From positions 100,688,001 through 100,752,000 of the forward strand of contig NC_043005.1 in assembly GCF_006345805.1 (NCBI RefSeq): a DNA stretch of 64,000 nt, read 5' to 3'. The notes below the pieces were generated by a model. It saw nothing but the letters and a program-made list of their open reading frames with translations, searched no databases and had not been told where the DNA came from. Shown here in pieces: positions 24,181 to 35,520 of the stretch. How positions within the stretch are numbered: the stretch's first letter is position 1; each line of letters opens with the position of its first letter. A program made the position numbers and the translations under genes. This DNA is from Octopus sinensis (lineage: Eukaryota).

Positions 24181-24205
24181 AATATTTAATATATATATAT
24201 ATATA

Positions 24206-24676
24206 TCATCATCATCATCATTTAACATCCGCTTTCCATGCTAGCATGGGTTAGACAATTTGACTGAGGGCTGGCAAACCAGATGGCTGCACCGGGCTCC
24301 AGTCTTGATCTAGCAGATTTTCTACAGCTGGATTCTCTTCCTAACGCTAACCACTCCAAGAGTGTAGTGGGTGCTTTTACATGCCACCGGCATGGGGGCC
24401 AGTCAGGCAGTACTGGCAACGAACTCGCTCGAATCTTTTTACACATGCCAGTGGCACAGGTGCCAGTAAGGTGATGCTGGTAATGATACTACTCGAAAGG
24501 TGCCTCCTACATGCCACCGGCACAGAAGCCAGTTAGCTGCTCTGGCAACGATCACGCTCGGATGGTGCTCTTAGCACCCTACTAGCATGGGGCACAAGTG
24601 CCAGTAAGGCGACGCTGGTAACAATCACACTCGAATGGTGCCTTTTATGTGCCACTGGCACAGAAGCTGGTTAGCC
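24206..24676 (-). mobile_element. RTE-type 3' UTR/tail
   Basis: (CAT)n-TTTAACATCCGCTTTCCATGCTAGCATGGG, plus internal ~60-bp GTGCCACCGGCAC repeats. Confidence 0.85.
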
Positions 24677-24677
24677 G

Positions 24678-25676
24678 ATATCAGCAAGATTTACCACAGT
24701 GTCTGGCATGCAGATCTCCTATCAAAACTATTTGCCTACAGGTTCCACCCATCTCCCATTTCTAGAATTTCTAGGTAGCTTTCTTGTGACATGTGTTAAT
24801 GCAGCTCTTTCTTCTCCATTCTCAGACAAAACTGGTGTCTCCCAAAGTCTGGTTTTGTTCTTCCTCACCTTCTTCTTCCTATAATATACCTCAATGTCAT
24901 ACTTCCTGCCATATCCAACAATGCCCATTTTTATGCCAATGACTCAACCATCCATTCTTCCATAATATTCCTTGACCATACATCATCTCTATGACATTTC
25001 ACACCAAACCTGCAGAGACCTTATCCTTCAGTGAGACCATACCAACCTGATTTCTTTTAACTGCCAAAAAGCTCAAGTACTACTCATGTTCAAAAAACAA
25101 TCTGTAGACCATACCCCAACAAAACTTGAGTGGCACTAAGAGTTCTCAGAGTCATTCCAAATGCTCTCACTATCACCAAGAATTTCTTCTATTGAAAGCA
25201 TATCTTTGGCATAGCTAATACCATATCCCAAAGACTAGTGCTCGTTCTTAGGACCAGAAAATATTTCAGTCCCCAAAAGCTGTTGACCCTCATCAAGGCT
25301 CAGATGAGGCCCACAATGGAGTGCTCCTTCCACATTAAGACAGTGTTTCTGCTACATATACACACAGATATCTTGGACTGCCTTTGCGGAAGGACCAACT
25401 GACTAAATAGAATTTAGTCACTAGCCTTTGTCCCACAGACATGTTGCCTCCTGTCTTCGTTTTTCTATCCCTATTATAATGGGCCTCTATTCCTCAGATC
25501 TAGCTGGTCTTATAATGCCATCAGTCCCATTCCACTGACCTTTTTTCCCTGTTGGTCACTCTTGGTACATCCAACCTTCAAGACTCTGCCATAACCACTA
25601 TTCCTAGTCGATTCTACCTAGGACATTGGTTCTTTGGAATCTTCTTGCTTATGTTGACCTGCAGCAGTTTAAACAG
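24678..25676 (+). mobile_element. CR1/Jockey-group LINE, decayed RT and C-terminal region
   Basis: DISKIYHSVWHADLLSKL, KTGVSQSLVL (GVPQGS-like), HFYANDSTIHS (YADD-like), RTRKYFSPQKLLTLIKAQMRPTME and VDLQQFKQN, with stops and frameshifts. Confidence 0.8.
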
Positions 25677-25938
25677 AACTTGATGCTATTAATCATCATC
25701 ATCATCATCATCATTTAACGTCCACTTTCCATGCTAGCATGGGTTGGATAACTTGACTGAGGGCTGGCGAACCAGATGGCTGTACCAGGCTTCAAACTTG
25801 ATCTAGAAACTCTGCCAGATCAGGATTGAAGCCTGGTGCAGCCACCTGGTTTGCCAGCCCTCAGTCAAATCGTCCAACCCATGCTAGTATGGAAAGCGGA
25901 CGTTAAACGATGATGATGATGATTAACAGCATCAAGTT
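25677..25938. repeat. Fold-back inverted duplication of an RTE tail including its flank (~125-bp arms, 12-nt spacer)
   Basis: AACTTGATGCTATTAATC(ATC)n...CTTGATCT / AGAAACTCTGCC / AGATCAGG...(GAT)nGATTAACAGCATCAAGTT. Confidence 0.92.
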
Positions 25939-26236
25939 ATTGAGTCTTTGAGGACCATGAAAAAGTCAAAGAGAATGGGCAACACTCCTTTCTACAGACT
26001 CTAAAAGAAGAAAAAAAAATCATAATTATGAAATAAAACCTTTACCAACACAAAGTATCTGAATCTGTGACGATTTTTCAGGTTGACCAGCCATTAGTAA
26101 TATATCTACAGCCATTGGACAGCTAAGTCAGGCCACTCTGGTAACACTAGTTAAAATATAAGATATTATCAAAAATCATAAGACCCACTGATAGCAGAAG
26201 GCTGTTTTCATTGATATGTGTTTCAGATAATTCAGT

Positions 26237-26267
<31 letters not shown>

Positions 26268-27519
26268 ATTCACAAACACACACGCACATATGGATACACA
26301 CACATGCATACACACACTCATACACATATGCATACACATACACTCACAAACACACACACATATGCACACTCACAAACATGCGAGTGCACACACACACACA
26401 CACACGTTCACAAACACACATGCACATATGGACACACACAAGCATACTCACATACACACATGCATACACATACACACATGCACACACACACACATATGCT
26501 CACTCATACACATGAGTACACACACACACACACCACACACACACACAACTATACCTATCGCCCCTAATACAGAATTTAATTTTCGGTATTTTCAGTAATT
26601 TTTCCAAAATAGTTCCAGCTTCCCTGATTGACACCAGCTATACTTACAACTCAATAGCTTCTCCTTTATCATTAGAAAATACTTCGGCAGTGATGCTTTC
26701 AAAGGTAGAATTGTGACCTGTATTATTGCCAGCTTGCACACATAGGGGTAACGCAAGCATTTTAGACTGTAATGGGAAAATTCCATTTGATGATTTGTGG
26801 CCCTTCTACGACTATTATCACTGCTATAATCTCTATTCTATCGTTGTTTCTATAAATGGCACTATAAATCATTCTCAATTCTTTGAAATAGCAAGCAGAT
26901 TACACCTGATACACTTACCTGTTTCCACTCCATCATTCCTCCTGTCTCTTGCCTACCCCTATTAAACACGACATCGTTGCTGAGTTCGAATATCTAATGA
27001 GGGCATTGTTTGCAAATAGCACTAATAATATAAGTGGGATAAAGACAAACTGGTGATCAATACTTTTAGTAACAGCACGTACTTAGATAAACAGCAGCGA
27101 ATTTATTCAGTTCTTACCTATTTTTCTTACTGCACTTATAGGTTCATTAAATTTCCATAATGAAGATCTCTTTTATGTATCTCCAGAATCTGGCAGAGTT
27201 GCAACAAACCACATCAACTAAAGTCAAAGAATCGTTAGTTCATATCTGTTTGTAATCAATCGTTGGTATCTGTCCTGGCAAGAATCTCCTAAAGGTTTAT
27301 GGTTTGTAAATATTTAAACCAGGAGAATGTGATGAGGTATTATTAAGTACCTTGTAATTCACCCCTAACTTACAGTAATTAGGCTTGAAATTTTCTGTGG
27401 ACCAAAACCAAAATTCATTATCTTAGCAAAATTGAAAGGAATCTGAAAGCCTGACTCTAAATTTGAAATTAGGGAACAAAAAACTAAACAGCAATCATTG
27501 TACTATAACAATTTTTGGT

Positions 27520-27923
27520 AGTGGTGGTGGTGGTGGGGTGATTGTGGCATGGTGGTGGCGATGATGATGGTGGTGGTGGTTGTGGTAGGGATGATGGTGA
27601 TGATAACAATGACAACAAAGATGGTGGTGATGATGGTGACAAAGGTGGTGGTGGTAGTGATGGTGATGATGATGATGATGATAGTGGTGGGGGTGGGGTG
27701 ATTGTGACGTGGTGGTGGCAGTGATGATGATGATGATGGTGGTGGTGGTGGAGATGATGATGATGATAGTGGTGGGGGTGGGGCGATTGTGGCATGGTGG
27801 TGGCAGTGATGATGATGATGATGATGGTGGTGGTTGTGGTGGGGATGATGGTGATGGTGACAATGACAACAAAGATGGTGGTGATGATGGTGACAAAGGT
27901 GGTGGTGGTAGTGATGGTGGTGG

Positions 27924-27958
<35 letters not shown>

Positions 27959-27960
27959 TT
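27520..27960. repeat. (GGT)/(GAT) low-complexity tract with internal block duplication
   Basis: ACAATGACAACAAAGATGGTGGTGATGATGGTGACAAAGG occurs twice, ~255 bp apart. Confidence 0.9.
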
Positions 27961-28599
27961 AAGGATGATAGAAAAAGAATATTGAAAAAAATATTCAACC
28001 AAGCAGACTGTATCAATCAGAATCAATTCAATAACGATATACCTGAGAGGTAAAAATTACAGAATAAATAGACGTCCCCAAAAGTGGAAAGTAATTTCAC
28101 ATCTAAAGAATTGACAATTACAAAACAATTCTGTCAAACATTGACAATGCTAAAATTTATTGTGGTTCATATTACAGTCAACCCTGCAACTAACAGTGCT
28201 AATAAGATTAGGGTTTTTTACAAGTCTTAAGTTATTGAACGCTTCAAAATGCAGCAATGGTTATTTCTAAAAAATCTCCTCCCAATGAATACTATTAAAT
28301 TTATTTAATAGTGTGAAGAAATAGATTCCTCTGAATCTAGCTATTGTTGTTTTAATGTAATGCTGAAAGCTATTCCATGTCAGGAATGGAAAAAGCTGAA
28401 ATAACTGAAGACCTTACATATGAAATAGGTATGAGAACTTCAGTTTTTCAATGGATAATCATATTATATCCTGAGAAATTTATGAAGTATTCTCAAAAAC
28501 AAGTTACAATAAGACTGTAGAGATTGCAGTCAGTTTACATATGATACAATTGCTTTTTAAGTGTGGAAAATAATGGTATGGTAACAGCCATAGAGCGGA

Positions 28600-28745
28600 G
28601 GCATGTGGCTGGGTGGTTAGGGTATTGGACTCATGATCGTAAGATTGTGGTTTCAATTCCTGGACCAGGGCAATGCACTGTGTTCTTGAGCAAAACACTT
28701 CACTTCATGTTGCTCCAGTTCACTCAGCTGTAGAAATGAGTTTAG
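28600..28745 (+). mobile_element. tRNA-type SINE family B, head region
   Basis: GGCTGGGTGGTTAGGGTATTGGACTCATGATCG...GGTTTCAATTCCTGGACC (A/B-box-like). Confidence 0.75.
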
Positions 28746-29029
28746 CCTGGAGAGGGATGGGTTCTGCTAGGATTTTTCATCTTAGATATGCTGCATGGCT
28801 GCCATGCCCCAGTGACCCCCAAGTGGTTAAGGGACTTACCAGTTGTCAACAGCCATAGGCATCAAGAGAAATGACTGTATGAAATGAAGGGAGGTATTTA
28901 ATACTCATCAGTCTTAGTCTAAAATATACACCTGAGTACAAAATAATTAATGTTTGGTGTCAGATAAATTTTGGTAGCTTTTAATAGTTCCCATACTTTG
29001 CTTTTAATTTATTTATTTCCATTAAATAA

Positions 29030-29371
29030 GGTAAAGATCCCCTTCAGTCATAAATGACCATGGGATTGCACCTAGAAAGTTACCCTCCAAGACACAAGTC
29101 CAGGCAAGGTTGTTTACAGAAGACCAGCAGTCGCCCATGCATATCAGCCTCCACTCTCCACACCACTGATGTTATCCAAGGCAAAGGCAAAGGGGCCGAT
29201 GCAGTTTGGCATCAGGGATGCTGCAGCTCATTTCTACACCAGAGTGAACAGGAGCAACACGAAATAAAGTGTATTGCCCCAGAACACAATACACAGCCTG
29301 GTCCATGAATTGAACTCATTACCTCATGATTGTGAGCCCAAAGCTCTAACCACTGAGCCATGCACCTTCAC
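29030..29371 (-). mobile_element. SINE family B
   Basis: Ends on the plus strand with CTCTAACCACTGAGCCATGCACCTTCAC. Homologous to 30395-30755. Confidence 0.8.
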
Positions 29372-29724
29372 TATTCCCATTATTTATACCGCAAAATGAA
29401 TATAATTTCTGAATCAACCAGTGTTTTCATTTCAGACATAAGACAATAAGATCTGCTACATTTTTATTACCAAACATAGTTTAACCCTTTACCATTCAGA
29501 TTATTCTGTCAAATGTAATGCTTATTTATTCAAATTATTTCCAATTAATTGTGCATTATCTCACAGCCTCAAGATTTTGTTGATATGACTTCTCATTTTT
29601 AGACTAGCATAGCTGGATAGGTGAGATGCCAGATCTGGCCAATTTGAATATAAAACAAGAATACTTGGGCTTCAAGGCTAAAATGTTAAAGACAAAAGAA
29701 TATTTAATAAATGTTGAGAAAATA

Positions 29725-30010
29725 AATTCATCATCATCATCATTGTTGTTTAATGTCCATCTTCCACGCTGACATAGGTAGAACAGAAGCCAGCCAGGTA
29801 GAAGACTACCCCTGGCTACTGTGTCTGTTTTGGCAAGGGTTTTATTGCTGGATGCCCTTCATAGCACCAACCACTCCACAGAATGGACTAAGTGCTTTTT
29901 ATGTAGCACCAGCACAGATGAAGTCAGTTTTGGCATGATTTTTACAGCTGGATGCCCTTCCAAATACCAACCCCTTTACAGCAAGGACTGGATGCTTCTT
30001 ACATGGTGCA
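29725..30010 (-). mobile_element. RTE-type tail fragment
   Basis: (CAT)n...TTTAATGTCCATCTTCCACGCTG, with GGATGCCCTTC motifs. Confidence 0.7.
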
Positions 30011-30394
30011 TTAACCTTGCTAATATAGGCACAATGGTTGAAATTTCAGGGCAAGGGAACTAGTTAATTACATCGGCCCCACTGTTCAACTGGTATTTAT
30101 TTTATCAACTCTCAAAAGGACGAAAGGAGAAAATGATCTCAGTAGAATTTGAACTCTGAATGTAAAACTGGAAAAAATGCCACTAAATATTTTTTCCCAT
30201 TCAGTAATGGTTCTGCCAATTCACCACTGTCAATGATAACATTAAAAATTAACATTTGCATCCTTCAGAAGAAACTAGTGGGAAAATGAGACCATTAGTT
30301 ATATAAATGGGAGTGGAGTTTTAGTAGATAGAGATGTAAAATTTAACTTCTCTCTCTGGTGTTTTATTTTAACCATTTTGAGACTTGAGAGACT

Positions 30395-30755
30395 CGACTC
30401 TATCAGTCATGAATGACCATGGGTGCACATAAGAGGTTCCACTCCAGGGTACAAGTCTGGGGGAGAAGTCACCTCACTGGCGAACACCCAACCTAGGGTT
30501 GTTTTTATGGAAGACCAGCTGCTGCTCATGCATACCAGCCTCCACTCTTCATGCCACCAATGTTACCCAAGGGAAAGGTAAATGCCATACAGCTTGGTAC
30601 CAGTGGTGTTGCAACTGATTTCTACAACCAATTAATGGAGCAATGTGAAATAAAGTGTCTTGCTCAAGAACACATCACAGCTGAGTCTTTGAATCAAACT
30701 CACAATCTCATGATTATAAGCTCAATGCTCTAACCACTGATCCATGTGCCTTCAC
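30395..30755 (-). mobile_element. SINE family B
   Basis: Homologous to 29030-29371. Ends CTCTAACCACTGATCCATGTGCCTTCAC. Confidence 0.78.
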
Positions 30756-31024
30756 AGGTTTTTTTTTATTTTAACCATTTATATGCACAATAACTCAACC
30801 GTTTCGTAAGAGTTTATCAGCTGGTACTGAGGTTGTACCTTCAGTTAGTTTAGTGCTTATAGTTCTGAGTTCAAAGTGTGTTACAATCAAGTAAAGTTTT
30901 AAAACAGCAAAATGCTAATATATTGGACAATAGCTGTCATGTATTTGGACAGTGTGAGACATTCCACACGATTTGCAGTTTACTTCACTGGTTTGTAAGC
31001 ACCAGATCAATTGCCGATATATTT

Positions 31025-31425
31025 TTCTACCCTTGGCACAAGGCCTGAAATTTTGGGGGAGGGGTACCAGTCAATTAGCTCGACCCCAGTAAGCAAATGG
31101 TACTTAATTTATCGATTCTGAAAGGATGAAAGGCAAAGTCAACCTCAGCAGAATTTGAACTCCGAACGTAAAGACAGACAAAATACCTATTTCTTTACTA
31201 CCCACAAGGGGCTAAACACAGAGGGGACAAACAAGGACAGACAAATGGATTAAGTTGATTATATCGACGACCCCAGTGCGTAACTGGTACTTATTTAATT
31301 GACCCCGAAAGGATGAAAGACAAAGTCGACCTCGGTGGAATTTGAACTCAGAACGTAAAGACAGACAAAATACCTCTAAGCATTTCACCTGGTGTGCTAA
31401 CATCTCTGCCAGCTTGCTGCCTCGA
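31025..31425 (-). mobile_element. SINE family A, tandem partial copies
   Basis: GAAAGGATGAAAGGCAAAGTCAACCTC...GAATTTGAACTC occurs twice. Confidence 0.8.
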
Positions 31426-31444
31426 TCATTTGGCAATATTACAT

Positions 31445-32534
31445 ACAGACTAGCATCCCAATCAGGGAGCTGAAAATACACTAAGTGTTTGGGATCCTTT
31501 TTTTTCTCAAGAGTATCTTGAAGTAATGGTGAACAGTCAAAGACATTGAAGAGCATAAAGAATAAAATTGTAGTTGGGAAAATGCGAGCTGACATGGAGG
31601 ACTAGAAACCATCAGAATGTTGGAAAAGAGTTTGCTGTATCAGGATGATTCGTGCCAGATATCAAAATGTTGCCATCATGACAGCTGCTCAATGTTTTAA
31701 GAACACTGTAAAAAAAATAAGACATGACATGTGCCAGCTGCAACAGAAACTATGATGCAATAGCCAACAGGAAGGGCAGAGCAGGCCTTCTTCTGACTAC
31801 ATCCACATGCTGAAATTCAACGTCACATCTTTGAACAGAGCTTAGGATCAATTCAGATACTTATGTGAAGCTGTTGTTGTTGTTGTTGTTGTTAAGCAAC
31901 AAGATGGGTAAGGGTGATTAGGTGATGGTTTAGGGCTTAGGGGCGGGAGACCCCAGACCTTGGTTAAAAAAAAAAAACTATGGTCGTCTGGTTGTAACTG
32001 AGGGGTCTTCATTGATGCCCGAAGCCACTAGAAATGGAGATCTCCAGGTCCAAATTCTTGAATGGCATGTGAAGCTGTTGAAGACTGGTCAGTCCCTAGC
32101 TGGAGAGGGTTGCTGCTGGAAGGCCACTTAGCTCTCCTTGCCATATCTCCAGAAGGAGTTAGAAGTGATTGCTGGAGAATTCTTATGACCCTGCCAGCTC
32201 CAATTTCTGGCCCCTTAATCCTGCTAATTGTAACCCTATGGGTTACTATGTGTGGGATGTGGTTAAGAAAGACAGACACAAACCACTCTGCCTGAAACAC
32301 CAGCACTGAACTGAAGGACATGATCAAGGAGCTGTAGGGACACACGAAAACTGTATGCACCAAGCTCTGGAGCCATCTTGAGGCTGTAAGGAAAGCCGAG
32401 GCTGGCGACTTTCAGTCATCTCCCAGCCACAATCAAATTGATGTTTTTTGATATTTTAAAAAATACTCTTAATTATGCATCGGTTATGGGTTATTTCTTT
32501 TATTCAAACTGTCAAATTTAACAAGAACACCCTG
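31445..32534 (+). mobile_element. Decayed, internally deleted maT/DD37D-like Tc1-mariner transposon, interrupted by a short retroposon
   Basis: Removing 31877-32080 rejoins HIFEQ..RINSDTYVKLLKT..P*LERVAAGRP. Downstream reads NFWPLNPANCNPMGYYVWDVV (WPPNSPDxNPxDYxVW-like). Right terminus ...GAACACCCTG|TA. The left end is uncertain. Confidence 0.75.
31877..32066 (-). mobile_element. Short retroposon with (AAC)n tail, copy 2, with 14-bp TSD
   Basis: ATGTGAAGCTGTTG at 31863-31876 and 32067-32080. Same 5' start as the 13416-13618 copy. Confidence 0.85.
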
Positions 32535-32906
32535 TATATTTCAACTAATATAACACTAGTAAAGGACGCCCAGTATTAGTAGCCATTTGACCAGCTGAAA
32601 TGATTTTCACTTGATATTGTCACGAAAATAAGAATTGATTTGATATGAAGATTGATCAGATTTCCAAAGAGGTAAAAACTCTTTTTAACTTGTGTTAATT
32701 CCACCGAATATGTAGTTGGGCCAAGATAAACTATTTTGAATGGAAAAGAGGACATTTTGAATAACAAGGAAAAACCGTTTGAAATAGCAGCTGGTGTTGT
32801 GGCCACACATAATGATAATTAAGTTTCTAATAATAAACGATGGACAGAGATAATGAAAAATGTCACAGAGAAACAACATCAATTACACTACTACACACAT
32901 GCAATC

Positions 32907-32940
<34 letters not shown>

Positions 32941-33184
32941 ATCTCATCACACACACATACACACACACACAAACCAGAAACAATGTGTCTCATAAAAGAT
33001 GGGGTGCTGTGATTTTTATCCTATTACCATGAACGTTCATGGTTTAAGTGAAAGGACATTTCATCAAGGAAATGAATATAAATCTTGTTGTTTAACCAAA
33101 GACCAGTCCATTATTATATTCATTACTGTATTACATGACATATATAATGTATATATTTATATATATGAAGTATATATATATATA

Positions 33185-33420
33185 TTATATAAAATCCATT
33201 CTGTCTGTCTGTGTGTGTGTCTTCTAGGATCTCAGGCATCTTCCGTCCGATTGCGCTGAAATTTGATAAGTAGATACTGATGGTATCAAAGCATGTATCA
33301 GTCTTGAAAAAATTACAAAAATCGATTCCAGGCGAGAATGCGATCGATAACGTCAACCTGTACATAACTGCACCTTCCATTTTTTTGTTGTTTTTGTACT
33401 GCTTAAAGGCACATTTCTTT
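33185..33420 (+). mobile_element. Possible Helitron-like non-autonomous element, 5' portion
   Basis: TATATAAAA-(CTGT)n-(TG)n followed by CCGATTGCGCTGAAATTTG, CpG-rich. No CTAG terminus found. Confidence 0.35.
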
Positions 33421-33792
33421 CCTGCCAAGCTTACTGTTTAAACCATGTTTGTGTTCTCCCAGTCAACAGCCTTATCATTACTGGTACTTTAAACTCTTTG
33501 GTTGCATGTTTGTGTGAATAAAATCGTTTTCCTCTGGAATAGAAAAAACCGTCTATCTTTATTTCTTCTTTTGCTGGTGTCTCAAATTTAGTTTAAATCA
33601 GTGTTTCTCAAAGGGGAGCCTATGGGATGGTCAGACAAGTTGTTTTGAGAAAATTTGATTTAAATGTTTGACAACTCAGCACCGTCCATTGGACGTGGGG
33701 TGTGTGTTTTGCTTGTATATATATATATCCCTCTGTGGTATAAATACCACAGTCAATGGTATTACATATACACACATACACATAATGATTTT

Positions 33793-33921
33793 GCTCAGCC
33801 ATATTAGTAGTGATGGCTACTTATAAGAACTCCATTTGCTTATACTTCATAGTTGATTTGGAGTTCTTGTAAGTAGCCATCTCTACTAATGTGGCTGAGC
33901 ATATACTTATACTTCATAGTT
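33793..33921. repeat. Inverted repeat (42-bp arms, 3 mismatches) with part of the spacer duplicated downstream
   Basis: Arms 33793-33834 and 33859-33900. CTTATACTTCATAGTT at 33839-33854 and 33906-33921. Confidence 0.92.
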
Positions 33922-34162
33922 CAGTGTGAAGGAACATGGTGCAGTGGTTAGAGCACTGGGCTCACAATCATGAGGCAATAAGTTCGATTCCTGGACTAGG
34001 CTGTCTTGTAGTCTTGAGCAAGACACTTTATTTCATGTAGTTCTAGTGGTTAATTGGTACTTATTTTATTTACTCTGAAAGGCTGTCTTTTTTTAATACA
34101 AACAATTTGAGGTGGGTTCAAAGATAATACCAGAATATATTCAGGAAATTTGCACAACACAG

Positions 34163-34930
34163 GTGCAGGTGTGGCTGCCCAACCACTTGGTTCTGGGTTC
34201 AGTCCCACTAGTTGGCACCTTGGGCAAGTGTCTTCTGCTAAAGCTTTGGGCTGACCAAAGCCATGTGAGTGGATTTCGTAGATGGAAACTGAAAGAAGCC
34301 CATCGTATATTAATGTGTGTGTGCGTGTGTGTGTGTGTTTGTGTTGTCCTGCCACAATCTCTTGACAACCAATATAGTTTTGTTTATGTCCCTATAACTT
34401 AGCAGTTTGGCAAAAAGAGACAGATAGAATGAGCACCAGACCTAAAACATAAGCACTGGATTGATTTGTTCAACTAAACCCTTTAAGGTGGTGCCCCAGC
34501 ATGGCCACAATCCAATGACTGAAGCAATTAAAAGTAAAATTATATCACTGTGTGGCATCTTGGGCAGGTGTCTTCTATAACCTTGGGCTGACCAAAGCCT
34601 TGTGAGTGGATTTGGTAGACGGAAACTGAAAGAAGCCCATCATATATTAATATATATGTGTGTGTATGTGTGCGTGTGTGTGTGAGTGTGTGTGTGTGTG
34701 AGTGCACCTTTGTGTTTGTGTTTGCATTTACCACCACCACCACCACCATCTCTTGAGAACCAGTGTTGGTCTGTTTACATCCTCATAACTTAGTGGCTTG
34801 GCAAAAGGGACCGATAGAATATGTGCCAGATTTTAAATAAAATAATATGTACTGAGGTTGATTCGTTTGACTAAAATTCCTGAAGGTGGTGACCCAGTAT
34901 GACCACAGTCTAGTGAGTGAAACAAATAAA
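34163..34930 (+). mobile_element. Two tandem SINE family C copies with internal (TG)n
   Basis: GGCACCTTGGGCAAGTGTCTTC...GACCAAAGCC...GGAAACTGAAAGAAGCCC...(TG)n...AACTTAG occurs twice. Confidence 0.8.
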
Positions 34931-35393
34931 AGACAGAAGACCCTTAAAAATATACTTCATGCTTCAACAACGCTTTCTGACTAAATAGAAAGTTAATAAT
35001 AATCTAGAGTGTCCAATTTATCAATCCCCAAAAAATCTCTCACGTGGATACGCATGGACAACAGAGAAACCATCAATAAATGCCTTCATGCAAATGGATA
35101 GATATGTACGTAGAATAGGAACTCATGCAGCAAGAGACATAGATACATGGAAATGAATGGAACAAGACATGCATTCCAACATTATCCGAGATAAATGCCA
35201 TACATACCTCAGACTCAGGATGAAGCATTTGAAGATATAAAGAAATATGTTAACATCAAGAAAAATATGATTGTTATTACAAAAATAATGATGACTGACG
35301 TTGAGGGAAAGTGTTTATATTTTTTTGCTTTTTTTAATTTATATTTATTATTATTATTTTTATTATTGCTATTATTATTATTATTATCATTAT

Positions 35394-35520
35394 TCAGTAG
35401 TTTTATTTTTATATCGTGCTTTCACTTCACTACCGAGCACAGCTCTGTGTGCCTTGGGTATGTGCCTTGGGTTTGCTGTGATGCTCTGATAGTTACTGTA
35501 TTGAAAGTGTTTTGCGTAGG
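35394..35520 (-). mobile_element. 3' end of an R4/Dong-type (RLE) LINE inside a (TAA)n array
   Basis: The minus strand reads LRKTLSIQ*, typical of the ..AHILRKTL.. C-terminus, then a short UTR. TAA repeats on both sides. Confidence 0.6.

Noticed and set aside
28600-28680. tRNA-like A/B boxes as tRNA genes (also 56504, 59130-59200, 48619)
   Set aside because: They do not fold into full cloverleaves and they continue into repeated SINE bodies.
32556-32590. CTAG plus GGGCG hairpin-like end as a third Helitron terminus (minus strand)
   Set aside because: The hairpin is poor and I found no matching 5' TC end.
35030-35315. Coding-looking purine-rich stretch (SRGYAWTTEKP...; ORF 35195)
   Set aside because: I recognise no motif, it has internal stops, and the ORF length comes from the adjacent TAT microsatellite.
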